IMG/VR virus record: IMGVR_UViG_2531839433_000004
DNA: 23,310 bases
Direction: 5' to 3' (one strand)
DNA from: a virus
Taxonomy: Duplodnaviria; Heunggongvirae; Uroviricota; Caudoviricetes
Below are positions 8,782-17,480 of this stretch, in pieces. Each line of letters begins with the position of its first letter. Positions within the stretch are counted from its first letter, which is position 1. The notes under the pieces were generated by a model. It did not search any database and was not told the DNA's origin. It worked only from the letters and a program-made list of their open reading frames with translations. The position numbers and the translations under genes were made by a program.

Positions 8782-9711
8782 ATGGCAAACACTGCTGAGA
8801 TATTCAATTTTCCTGTGCCGGATGTGGCACAAAAGGAGCCGCGCGTGGCAGATCTCGATGATGGTTATACGCGCATTGCAAATGAGTTGCTGGAAGCTGT
8901 GATGCTGGCCGGATTAACACAGCACCAGCTTCTGGTCTTCCTGGCTGTCATGCGCAAAACATATGGCTTTAATAAAAAACTGGATTGGGTGAGCAACGAG
9001 CAACTTTCCGAGTTGACCGGGATATTGCCGCACAAGTGTTCTGCTGCAAAAAGTGTTCTGGTAAAGCGTGGGATTTTTATTCAGAGCGGGCGGAATATCG
9101 GCATTAATAATGTGATCAGTGAATGGTCAACATTACCCGAATCAGGTAAGAAAAATAAAGTTTACCTGAAAGAGGTAAATTTACCTGAATCAGGTAAGAA
9201 AAGTTTACCCAAATCAGGTAAAGGCGTTTACCCGAATCAGGTAAACACAAAAGACAAACTAACAAAAGACAATATAAAACCTTTTTCGTCCGAGAATTCT
9301 GGCGAATCCTCTGACCAGCCAGAAAACGATCTTCCTGTGGTGAAACCGGATGCTGCAATTCAGAGCGGCAGCAAGTGGGGGACAGCAGAAGACCTGACCG
9401 CCGCAGAGTGGATGTTTGACATGGTGAAGACCATCGCGCCATCAGCCAGAAAACCGAATTTTGCAGGGTGGGCTAACGATATCCGCCTGATGCGTGAACG
9501 TGACGGACGTAACCACCGCGACATGTGCGTGCTGTTCCGCTGGGCATGCCAGGACAACTTCTGGTCCGGTAACGTGCTAAGTCCGGCCAAACTCCGCGAC
9601 AAGTGGACCCAACTCGAAATCAACCGTAACAAGCAACAGGCTGGCGTGACAGCCGGAAAATCAAAACTCGACCTGACAAACACTGACTGGATTTATGGGG
9701 TGGATTTATGA
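8782..9711 (+). CDS. O: Replication initiator O-like protein with the origin iterons inside its coding sequence
   Basis: MANTAEIFNFPVPDVAQKEPRVADLDDGYTRIANELLEAV...RKTYGFNK...ISEW parallels the lambda O N-terminus. GGAGGA RBS before the ATG at 8782. The ORF overlaps the P start. Confidence 0.8.
   Translation: MANTAEIFNFPVPDVAQKEPRVADLDDGYTRIANELLEAVMLAGLTQHQLLVFLAVMRKTYGFNKKLDWVSNEQLSELTGILPHKCSAAKSVLVKRGIFIQSGRNIGINNVISEWSTLPESGKKNKVYLKEVNLPESGKKSLPKSGKGVYPNQVNTKDKLTKDNIKPFSSENSGESSDQPENDLPVVKPDAAIQSGSKWGTAEDLTAAEWMFDMVKTIAPSARKPNFAGWANDIRLMRERDGRNHRDMCVLFRWACQDNFWSGNVLSPAKLRDKWTQLEINRNKQQAGVTAGKSKLDLTNTDWIYGVDL
9134..9246. repeat. Replication origin iterons: five direct repeats of ~18-20 bp, followed by an A/T-rich segment (9247..9290)
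   Basis: TTACCCGAATCAGGTAAG; TTTACCTGAAAGAGGTAAA; TTACCTGAATCAGGTAAG; TTTACCCAAATCAGGTAAAG; TTTACCCGAATCAGGTAAAC. Each has internal dyad symmetry (TTACC...GGTAA), as in lambda ori. Confidence 0.7.
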
Positions 9712-10394
9712 AAAACATCGCTGCACAGATGATTAACTTTGACCGTGAGCAGATGCGTCGAATCGCCAACAACATGCCGGAACAATACGACGAAAAGCCG
9801 CAGGTGCAGCAGGTGGCGCAGATCATCAACGGTGTGTTCAGCCAGTTACTGGCAACTTTCCCGGCGAGCCTGGCTAACCGCAACCAGAATGAGCTGAACG
9901 AAATCCGCCGTCAGTGGGTTATGGCTTTCCGTGAAAATGGAATTACCACTATGGAGCAGGTTAACGCCGGAATGCGCGTGGCCCGCCGACAGGAGCGACC
10001 ATTCCTGCCGTCGCCCGGCCAGTTCGTAGCGTGGTGTAAGCAGAGTGGCGGGGCGTTAGGTATCACTGTTGACCAAGTCATAACCGAATACTGGGATTGG
10101 CGTAATCGTTCCTTCGAATTCACTTCCAGCGAGCATTTCCCGTGGTCACAGCCTGTCATGTACCACATCTGCGTCGAACTGCGCCACCGTAGCATTGAGC
10201 GCCAGTTAACGCATGGCGAGCTGGCATGCGAGGCTGGTGACCTGCTGGACATGTGGGAGAAGCGCGTCAGTGAGGGCAAACCAATCCCTCCGGTCAGAAA
10301 ACAAATCTCGGCTCCGCGCCACGTGCCCGGGCCGACTCCCGCTCAGCTTTTGCTTGAGCAATACAAAGCGCGTAAAGCAGTCGGATTTATTTAA
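9708..10394 (+). CDS. P: Replication protein P-like helicase loader (lambda-like N-terminus, divergent C-terminus)
   Basis: The first ~110 aa (MKNIAAQMINFDREQMRRIANNMPEQYDEKPQVQQVAQIINGVFSQLLATFPASLANR...) are near-identical to lambda P as recalled. The remainder diverges. Confidence 0.85.
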   Translation: MKNIAAQMINFDREQMRRIANNMPEQYDEKPQVQQVAQIINGVFSQLLATFPASLANRNQNELNEIRRQWVMAFRENGITTMEQVNAGMRVARRQERPFLPSPGQFVAWCKQSGGALGITVDQVITEYWDWRNRSFEFTSSEHFPWSQPVMYHICVELRHRSIERQLTHGELACEAGDLLDMWEKRVSEGKPIPPVRKQISAPRHVPGPTPAQLLLEQYKARKAVGFI

Positions 10395-10396
10395 CC

Positions 10397-10981
10397 ATGA
10401 ACAAGAAATACACGTTGATCTAAGCGGATCCGCCCTGGACGTACGAGGATAAATGCAATTCTGGTAAGCGTGGCACCGGGCATAAATACTTGGTTATGAC
10501 GGTGCAGGATATCTGCTGGCTGCCAGTAAGGGAGCGGGTTGCAGAAAGCTGCCAGCTGGCGATGTGGTGGTTGCCAACTCAAACGTTCGAGGCGATGAAA
10601 GTCGTCGATGCCTGGGGATTTCGCCTGATCACAATGAAAGGTTTCACTTGGGATAAAACCTACCCGAAGCAAACTGACAAATCGGCGATGGGAATGGGAC
10701 ACCTGATCCGGGCGAACCGTGAAGATTGTCTTTTCGCGGTAAAGGGTAAGCGGGCACCACAGCAGGACGCCTCGATCATCCAGCACTACACCTCGCCGCG
10801 ACATGAGCACTCACGTAAACCAGACTGCGTGCGTGAAATGCTGGTTCGGTTGCTGGGTAATCTTCCACGTATTGAGCTCTTTGCGCGTAAATCCTCCCAC
10901 GGTTTCGACGTATGGGGAAACAAGTGTGATTCGCCAACCGTATCATTAAGCCCGGCCCGAGTTACTGATGTTTATTCTTAA
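10397..10981 (+). pseudogene. MT-A70-family DNA N6-adenine methyltransferase interrupted by an in-frame TAA at codon 9
   Basis: ATG AAC AAG AAA TAC ACG TTG ATC TAA GCG GAT CCG CCC TGG reads MNKKYTLI*ADPPW. The catalytic DPPW motif follows the stop in frame. The downstream frame continues ...AWGF...RANREDCLFAVKGKR...SPRHEHSRKPDCVREMLVRLLGNLPRIELFARKSSHGFDVWGNK. Confidence 0.7.
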
Positions 10982-11192
10982 AAGAATTAACTGAAAAGAG
11001 GAAGGTTTGATGAGTTTTTTTACGTGAATTAACACGTAAGACTGCTGGTTATTAAACCATCACATTAGATATCTAAAAATTGTGATCGGTATCTCCCTAC
11101 TATAAAAAAAAGTAGTTGAATATACGGTCTATACTTGAAATAAATAAAAGTATTCTTATTTTTTAGATTCTGTGTTGTGAAAAGGAATTTTT

Positions 11193-12224
11193 ATGTCCTC
11201 GAATATTTTATCTGGTGAAAAAGTAATCAATAAAATTGCTGAAAAGTTGAGCGATTATAAATATCCTCCGGCTGAAGGTATGAACTCTGAACATGTCAGC
11301 AAATGGATTAAGCAATTTGCAGTGGAGGATAGACGATTTATCTTAGATGAAACGCTTTATCTACTTAATGCAGGTTACCTATCCGAAAGTCAATATCAAC
11401 GAAAAATAAAAGCCATTGCAAGAAGTGAAAAGAACGCGAAATTCTTCAGATATGCAGGTTTTTTAGATATTCAAAAAAAAGGTTCTAGTCAGAAGGAATT
11501 GCTTAAATCTCTTTATGAAACAGTAGGGATCAAATTTAACATCGTTACTGAATCATCAACTCAAGATGAAGTAAATAAATTTGATACATTTGTATATATT
11601 GATGATGTGTCGTTTTCAGGAGAAAAGGCCATCAAATCGATAAGTAATTTTGTTTTAAAATTTAATTTAAGAGATATTAAATTCAATGTATATTTTTTTT
11701 CATCTCATACGTTATCTGACTATAATATAAAAAGACGATTAGAATATATTTTTAAGGATAGAAACATTTTTGTACACGTGAAGAATGGTGGTATGCGTGA
11801 GGTTGAAAACCGAAAAAGTCGTTCTGCTCAATCAGGTGTTTTCTGGCCAAGGAAATATAGTGTAGATACTCCCGAGAAATTCGAGGAGTGTGAGCTTTAC
11901 AAAGGCGTATTCAGAGATGGATATGCCTCTTCTGATAGTTTTAGAAATGAAGCCTCAAGGGATCGTTTCGAATCTATCCTTACTAAAGTCGGCTTTAATA
12001 TCTTGCTGCACAGGAAAACCCCTAGTGAGGTGCTCAAACCTCTAGGTTTTTCTACTTTTGACGGTTTGGGTTTTGGGGGAACAACATTTACTTATCGAAA
12101 TTGCCCGAATAATGTGCCGCTGGCTTTTTGGTGGGGAGATTATGAACCAACAGGTGCTCCCGCATTGGACTGCTGGTATCCACTAATGAAGCGGAATGGG
12201 TATAATGAGTGGTATGAGCTATAG
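11193..12224 (+). CDS. Unrecognised 343-aa protein with a PRTase-like motif, in a low-GC insertion
   Basis: Long ORF in a distinctly A/T-rich block. RBS AAAAGGAA before the ATG. FVYIDDVSFSGEK (aa 133-145) resembles the PRPP-binding loop of type I phosphoribosyltransferases. Rest of the protein not recognised. Confidence 0.6.
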   Translation: MSSNILSGEKVINKIAEKLSDYKYPPAEGMNSEHVSKWIKQFAVEDRRFILDETLYLLNAGYLSESQYQRKIKAIARSEKNAKFFRYAGFLDIQKKGSSQKELLKSLYETVGIKFNIVTESSTQDEVNKFDTFVYIDDVSFSGEKAIKSISNFVLKFNLRDIKFNVYFFSSHTLSDYNIKRRLEYIFKDRNIFVHVKNGGMREVENRKSRSAQSGVFWPRKYSVDTPEKFEECELYKGVFRDGYASSDSFRNEASRDRFESILTKVGFNILLHRKTPSEVLKPLGFSTFDGLGFGGTTFTYRNCPNNVPLAFWWGDYEPTGAPALDCWYPLMKRNGYNEWYEL

Positions 12225-12825
12225 ATTATATCCGCTACAGAACACAGTTTCCTTCAGGAAAACCACCGAAAAATGGGGGGGGCTTTCCAACATGGCTAAA
12301 GGATATCCATTGTTAATCAATGGGTTGCCTATTCAATCAAGTGAAATCCTTTACCAAGCATGCCGATATCCAGACTATCCGGATATACAAAAGGCCATCA
12401 TTACTCAAGGAAACCCCTATGAAGCCAAGCAGACCGCAAGATCGTTTGAATCCAAAACTCGCGCAGGATGGGATAAGAATCGAGTTTCGATTATGAAGTG
12501 GTGTGTATGCGTAAAATTATGCCAGAACTGGGATACGTTCTTTGCGCTGTTAGACAGTACAGGCGACCATTTCATCGTGGAACACTCAGAGAAGGACCAA
12601 TTCTGGGGTGCCAGTAAAGACCCAGAAGGTAACTATTATGGTATGAACGTATTAGGGCGAATTCTCATGGACGTGAGAGGGGTTGCTAGGAAAAAGGGGG
12701 CTGATGGGTTTGCAACAATACCATCGCTATCTTTGGACAAATTTTTTCTCCTAGGCGAAAGAATTAAAGATGTAACATTTGTAGAGCCAACGCCTGGAGC
12801 AGGGCAAAGTTTATCCTTGTTTTAG
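12196..12825 (+). CDS. NADAR-domain protein (YbiA-like N-glycosidase / ADP-ribosyl-base hydrolase family)
   Basis: Recognisable NADAR pattern WGGLSNM, SSEILYQACRY, KTRAGWDKNRVSIMKWCVCVKLCQN, LLDSTGDHFIVEHSEKDQFWGAS, GMNVLGRILMDVR. Overlaps the upstream gene end; start could be the ATG at 12196, 12205 or 12214. Confidence 0.7.
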   Translation: MGIMSGMSYRLYPLQNTVSFRKTTEKWGGLSNMAKGYPLLINGLPIQSSEILYQACRYPDYPDIQKAIITQGNPYEAKQTARSFESKTRAGWDKNRVSIMKWCVCVKLCQNWDTFFALLDSTGDHFIVEHSEKDQFWGASKDPEGNYYGMNVLGRILMDVRGVARKKGADGFATIPSLSLDKFFLLGERIKDVTFVEPTPGAGQSLSLF

Positions 12826-12935
12826 CGTTCCATCTGGGGCATTTTCTTCCATAAATTAACTGGCGTACCTCCCTCGGCGTTTTTTTGTTGCCATAAAAGG
12901 TTTTTGATTTTCTATAATCAACCAGCCATAATCAT

Positions 12936-12964
12936 GTCACCGGAGCCTGAACAACTCCGGTGAC
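12936..12964 (+). terminator. Perfect 10-bp-stem hairpin upstream of the nin genes (possible tR2-like terminator or RNA element)
   Basis: GTCACCGGAG-cctgaacaa-CTCCGGTGAC. The downstream tract is only weakly T-rich. Confidence 0.3.
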
Positions 12965-13085
12965 TTCTGCGCTAAACGGGGACGTTTATGCGCACATACA
13001 ATCTAAACTCTCTTCTCCCGCCACAGATGCAGAAATGCACCTGCGATTTTTTGCATCCAGCGTTTGACCTCTGCGGAGGTGAAGC

Positions 13086-13541
13086 GTGAACCTCCCACAA
13101 GACGGCATCAAACTTCATCGCGGTAACTTCACCGCTATCGGTCAGCAGCTCCAGCCTTATCTGGAGGACGGCAAGTGCTTCCGCATGGTACTGAAGCCAT
13201 GGCGCGATAAGCGCAGCCTGTCTCAAAATAGCTTAAGCCACATGTGGTACACCGAAATCAGCGAATACCTCATCAGCCGGGGTAAGACTTTCGCTACGCC
13301 AGAGTGGGTGAAGGATGCTCTGAAACACACTTATCTCGGTTATGAAACCAAAGAACTGGTTGATGTCGTAACCGGTGATATCACCACTATCCAGTCGTTA
13401 CGCCATACCTCCGATCTTGATACCGGAGAGATGTATGTCTTCCTGTGTAAGGTTGAAGCCTGGGCGATGAATATTGGTTGCCACCTGACTATTCCGCAGC
13501 GCTGCGAGTTCCAGCTGCTGCGCGACAAGCAGGAGGCGTAA
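13086..13541 (+). CDS. ninB: NinB-family (YbcN-like) recombination protein
   Basis: 151-aa ORF with a probable GTG start preceded by GGAGG. The RSLSQN... segment resembles the lambda NinB RSLDQN region. Position matches the nin region after the replication genes. Confidence 0.5.
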   Translation: MNLPQDGIKLHRGNFTAIGQQLQPYLEDGKCFRMVLKPWRDKRSLSQNSLSHMWYTEISEYLISRGKTFATPEWVKDALKHTYLGYETKELVDVVTGDITTIQSLRHTSDLDTGEMYVFLCKVEAWAMNIGCHLTIPQRCEFQLLRDKQEA

Positions 13542-13711
13542 TGGCTACACCGCTTATTCGTGTCATGAACGGACACATCTACAAAGTACCAAATCGTCGT
13601 AAGCGTAAACCTGAGCTGAAGCCATCCGAAATACCAACTCTGCTCGGATATACCGCCAGCCTGGTTGATAAAAAATGGTTGCGACTGGCAGCAAGGAGGA
13701 ATCATGGCTGA
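13541..13711 (+). CDS. ninE: NinE-like small basic protein
   Basis: 56-aa [56 protein letters not shown]. The basic motif and spacing resemble NinE. ATG overlaps the ninB stop. Confidence 0.45.
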   Translation: MATPLIRVMNGHIYKVPNRRKRKPELKPSEIPTLLGYTASLVDKKWLRLAARRNHG

Positions 13712-14297
13712 TTTGAGAAAAGCAGCGCGTGGTCGGGAATGCCAGGTAAGAATCCCTGGCGTATGTAATGGCAATTCTGAAACGTCTGTACTGGCACATA
13801 TCCGGCTGACCCCACAAACAGATTTCACGCTCAATCTCACGACGAGTCATGAGACCTTTCCATTGCTTACCGCCAGCATATGTCCAGCGACGTAGCTGAT
13901 CACATGCGCCTTTGATATCGCCCTGGTTTATTTTGCGAAGAAGCGTCGATGTTCTGAAATTGCCAGCGCCCACGTTGTAAACGAACGAGTAAAGAGCGCC
14001 GCGCGTTGTTTCCGGTATATCAACTTTTATGTACGGGTTAATTTGTCTGGCGACCGTGGCAAGGTCTTTATTCAGGAGGGCTTTGCATTCTGCTTTGGTA
14101 TACGTTTTACCGAGCATGATGTCTTTTCCTGTATGCCCGTGACATACAGTCCATACACCAACAATATCTTTGTATGGTATGTAGCTGACACCTTCCAGAC
14201 CATCGTTACCACTTGGGCCAGTGATTAACACTGATGCTATAGCAATTGCTCCGCCACCAATAGCAGCAGCAACGGCTTTTCGTAATGATGGAGGCAT
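13563..14297 (-). CDS. R: SAR endolysin (phage 21 R / RrrD-like GH24 lysozyme); the ORF has lost its native stop and runs ~80 codons into antisense nin sequence
   Basis: The first 164 aa [44 protein letters not shown]...CLWGQ match R21/RrrD-type SAR lysozymes (recalled). Sequence after Q164 (13806..13808) is unrelated. Start overlaps the holin stop (ATGA). Confidence 0.85.
   Translation of the reverse strand: MPPSLRKAVAAAIGGGAIAIASVLITGPSGNDGLEGVSYIPYKDIVGVWTVCHGHTGKDIMLGKTYTKAECKALLNKDLATVARQINPYIKVDIPETTRGALYSFVYNVGAGNFRTSTLLRKINQGDIKGACDQLRRWTYAGGKQWKGLMTRREIEREICLWGQPDMCQYRRFRIAITYARDSYLAFPTTRCFSQISHDSSLLPVATIFYQPGWRYIRAELVFRMASAQVYAYDDLVLCRCVRS
13704..13808 (+). pseudogene. ybcO-like nin-region gene truncated after ~35 codons at a rearrangement junction
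   Basis: [35 protein letters not shown] matches the YbcO/DUF1364-type N-terminus (recalled). Downstream translation is antisense to the lysozyme gene. Confidence 0.45.
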
Positions 14298-14512
14298 TAT
14301 TCACCTCTCGCAGCCTTGCGCTTATCTTCTTTAATCTTGAAATAAAGGTTTGTCAGGTACGTCAGCAGGCCAAATACCAGGCTACCCAGCACACCTATTG
14401 CTGCCCACTGTGAGGGCGTGACTTTATCGAGCAGCTGTAAAAACCAGTAACCGGCACTACCTGCTGAGGTGCCATAGGCGACACCCGTTGTTAACTTATC
14501 CATGGATTTCAT
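14297..14512 (-). CDS. S: Class II pinholin (S21/EssD-like)
   Basis: [71 protein letters not shown] has two TMDs and a basic C-terminus; near-identical in pattern to S21. Dual-start MKSMDK motif present. The ORF extends upstream to 14557. Confidence 0.8.
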
Positions 14513-15099
14513 AACCCCACCTCGCAGACAAAGCGGGTGTAAATTGAGGGAATACAACGTATCGCAAAAAAGCAGAAACGTAACAGACTCGGAGTCAGTG
14601 AATAACTCAGGTATTGAGTTATCAGCTAATATCGAGACTCAGAAAATGGAAAAACCAGCTCGACGGCGGGTTTAAGCTGTGTGACGAAGTAACCACTCTT
14701 AACAGCATAACCAATTTTTTACGTACGTAAACCACTGAATGATATTTATGAGAATGCTACCGAGTGTTCAAAACACCACCACAAATACATAAGAAAACCT
14801 CAACAAATAACCAATAAATAATTTCAGACGTTATTTTTAGTTGATTTAAATTAAACTGCCGAATTATAGAACCTCCATAAATAACAACCATTAATATAAA
14901 TTAGCTAATAGGTTTATTTTTGTTCAAATAAGAGCCATAAATAGGTTTCGATAGAAAAAGTTCAGATAAAAATAGAGATCTACTTCACAAATTAAATGAG
15001 AAACTAAAACTTACATCTTGAAATAATCACATTGATTAGATGAATATTTATCGCGCAGTGACATCATTTTTTAATAATAGTTCAAAAAAAGGGCTCACG

Positions 15100-16182
15100 A
15101 TGAAAAAATTAACAGTGGCAATTTCTGCTGTAGCTGCATCAGTACTGATGGCGATGTCTGCTCAGGCAGCTGAAATTTATAATAAAGACAGTAACAAGCT
15201 GGATCTATATGGGAAAGTTAATGCCAAGCACTACTTCTCCTCTAATGATGCAGATGATGGTGATACTACTTATGCCCGTCTTGGCTTCAAAGGTGAAACC
15301 CAAATCAACGATCAACTGACTGGTTTCGGTCAGTGGGAATATGAATTCAAAGGCAACCGCGCTGAATCTCAAGGCTCCTCCAAAGACAAAACCCGTCTTG
15401 CATTTGCAGGCCTGAAATTCGGGGACTACGGCTCAATCGATTACGGCCGTAACTACGGTGTAGCATATGACATCGGTGCGTGGACTGACGTTCTGCCAGA
15501 ATTCGGTGGCGATACCTGGACCCAAACAGATGTGTTCATGACTGGTCGCACCACTGGTGTTGCAACTTATCGTAACAACGACTTCTTTGGTCTGGTTGAT
15601 GGTCTGAACTTTGCTGCTCAGTATCAGGGTAAAAATGACCGCACTGACGTAACTGAAGCTAATGGTGATGGTTTCGGTTTCTCCACTACTTATGAGTATG
15701 AAGGATTCGGTGTAGGTGCAACCTATGCTAAATCTGACCGCACTAATAATCAGGTTATCTACGGTAACAACAGCCTGAATGCATCTGGTCAAAATGCTGA
15801 AGTATGGGCAGCTGGTCTGAAATATGATGCGAACAACATCTATCTGGCTACCACCTATTCTGAAACCCAGAACATGACTGTTTTTGGTAATAACCATATT
15901 GCCAACAAAGCACAAAACTTCGAAGTAGTTGCACAATATCAGTTCGACTTCGGTCTGCGTCCGTCCGTTGCTTACCTGCAATCTAAAGGAAAAGACTTGG
16001 GTGCGTGGGGTGATCAGGACCTGGTTGAATATATTGATGTAGGTGCAACCTATTACTTCAACAAAAATATGTCCACTTTTGTTGATTACAAAATCAACCT
16101 GATTGATAAGAGCGATTTCACGAAAGCATCTGGCGTTGCTACCGATGATATCGTTGCTGTAGGTATGGTTTACCAGTTCTAA
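15100..16182 (+). CDS. Outer-membrane general porin of the OmpC/OmpF/NmpC(Lc) family, prophage-encoded
   Basis: Signal peptide [30 protein letters not shown]. Beta-barrel porin hallmarks and C-terminal ...VGMVYQF. AAGGG RBS. The ORF track starts 60 nt upstream, but MKKL is the likely start. Confidence 0.85.
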   Translation: MKKLTVAISAVAASVLMAMSAQAAEIYNKDSNKLDLYGKVNAKHYFSSNDADDGDTTYARLGFKGETQINDQLTGFGQWEYEFKGNRAESQGSSKDKTRLAFAGLKFGDYGSIDYGRNYGVAYDIGAWTDVLPEFGGDTWTQTDVFMTGRTTGVATYRNNDFFGLVDGLNFAAQYQGKNDRTDVTEANGDGFGFSTTYEYEGFGVGATYAKSDRTNNQVIYGNNSLNASGQNAEVWAAGLKYDANNIYLATTYSETQNMTVFGNNHIANKAQNFEVVAQYQFDFGLRPSVAYLQSKGKDLGAWGDQDLVEYIDVGATYYFNKNMSTFVDYKINLIDKSDFTKASGVATDDIVAVGMVYQF

Positions 16183-16308
16183 TTTGATTACTAAAAGATA
16201 TGTTGCGGGAGGCTTTGCCTCCCCAACATATAAGTGGCTCCCTCAAGCCACTTCCTTTAGGAGCACAACCTTGCTTCTAACTATATAAACCTTCTGTTAT
16301 ATATTACC

Positions 16309-16340
16309 CTTTATTTTTGGGGGCGTTGCAACGCCCCATT
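16309..16340 (+). terminator. Intrinsic terminator downstream of the porin gene
   Basis: GGGGGCGTTGCAACGCCCC hairpin followed by ATTTTTAATAATTTTT. Confidence 0.55.
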
Positions 16341-16370
16341 TTTAATAATTTTTAGTAAACAATTGGCATA

Positions 16371-16754
16371 TTAATTAGAGTTATTAACAACGATATCCAT
16401 CTCTAACCGGATATCTAATGCCATTAACATCCCTTCAATTATGCCCTCAGCCTTCTGTAACCTTTTCCCGATATAACCATCAGAGCAGCAATGCTTACCT
16501 GCCAGTGACATGAATGTCATACCGACTACATAATAATCTACTAATAAATCGTGCAAATCGCTGCTGTTCTTTTTCAGACGGGCCATGCACCCGCAAATAA
16601 TCATCGCGTCATCGTCACAACATTGCGGGCGAGATTTTACTTTTGAAGTAATTAATCCCTTAAAACCGGCGGCAATGGACGACCAGGTCACATCTTCATG
16701 ATTATTAGCCGCCCACGCTCCCCAACGCTCAAGAACCATCTGAATATCACGCAT
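16371..16754 (-). CDS. Q: Late-gene antiterminator Q (phage 82/QuuD type)
   Basis: [62 protein letters not shown]... matches the DLP12 QuuD-type Q as recalled. Cys-rich zinc-binding segment present. Confidence 0.8.
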   Translation of the reverse strand: MRDIQMVLERWGAWAANNHEDVTWSSIAAGFKGLITSKVKSRPQCCDDDAMIICGCMARLKKNSSDLHDLLVDYYVVGMTFMSLAGKHCCSDGYIGKRLQKAEGIIEGMLMALDIRLEMDIVVNNSN

Positions 16755-16820
16755 CAACTTACTCCACAAAAATCAGACCAGAACGCCAATTACAAGCAAA
16801 AATCAACAAAACAGTATTAG

Positions 16821-17480
16821 TTGATTGTTATCTCTGACTTCATACTCCTGCTCCTGTCAGGGTTTTGGCGTAATTCTTCAGTATTCGGTAATCGGTCAAA
16901 ACAGAACCGGGGAAACGATATAAGCGCAGATGCCCCCAGCGGTGGCGAAGAAGTTCTGCCATATAAAACTCAAACATCATTCATTCCCCATTTCGGTGAT
17001 GGTCAGTTCCAGCCTCCCACCTTTGGTATTGCACCGCCAGATATTCCGGTAGGCTTCGTGGCTGTTTTCAACAGTGATGAGGCATCGTGGCATCTCGTTG
17101 AAGATCATCGGGGAAAAACCGTCTATGACGTGGCTTCCGGCGACTCGTTATTTATTTCTGAACTCGGACCTCTACCGGAAAATATCACCTGGTTATGCCC
17201 GGAAGGGGAGTTTCAGAAGTGGAACGGCACAGCCTGGGTGAAGGATACGGAAGCAGAAAAACTGTTCCGGATCCGGGAGGCGGAAGAAACAAAAAACAGC
17301 CTGATGCAGGTAGCCAGTGAGCATATTGAGCCGCTTCAGGATGCTGCAGATCTGGAAATCGCAACGGAGGAAGAAACCTCGTTGCTTGAAGCCTGGAAGA
17401 AGTATCGGGTGTTGCTGAATCGTGTTGATACATCAACTGCACCTGATATTGAGTGGCCCGCAATCCCTGTTATGGAATAA
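16821..17480 (+). pseudogene. Tail fibre assembly (Tfa) protein homologue, probably a 5'-altered remnant with no ATG start
   Basis: C-terminal ~150 aa ...[52 protein letters not shown]...[11 protein letters not shown] match the lambdoid Tfa family. The N-terminal 60 aa are unrelated and the frame opens with TTG. Confidence 0.6.

Noticed and set aside
9134-9246. Regularly spaced direct repeats that could superficially suggest a CRISPR array
   Set aside because: Repeats are only ~18-20 bp with almost no spacers, lie inside the O-like coding sequence, and match the iteron-plus-A/T-rich architecture of a lambdoid origin.
9116-10279. Minus-strand ORFs 9116..9442, 9360..9683, 9620..9883 and 9911..10279
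   Set aside because: Antisense to the O-like and P-like genes, which have strong homology support.
10213-10810. ORFs 10213..10452 (+) and 10391..10810 (-) around the methyltransferase start
   Set aside because: The first is an out-of-frame overlap of the P 3' end; the second is antisense to the MT-A70 coding sequence.
13340-13840. 166-aa minus-strand ORF 13340..13840 and 84-aa ORF 12972..13226 (-)
   Set aside because: Antisense to the ninB/ninE-like genes and to the intergenic hairpin region; no homology or start-site support.
15040-15099. N-terminal extension [20 protein letters not shown] of the porin ORF
   Set aside because: The signal peptide begins at MKKLTVAI (15100), which has an upstream AAGGG ribosome-binding site; the extension would bury the signal sequence.
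15433-15981. 182-aa minus-strand ORF inside the porin gene
   Set aside because: Antisense to a porin ORF with a clear signal peptide and family features.
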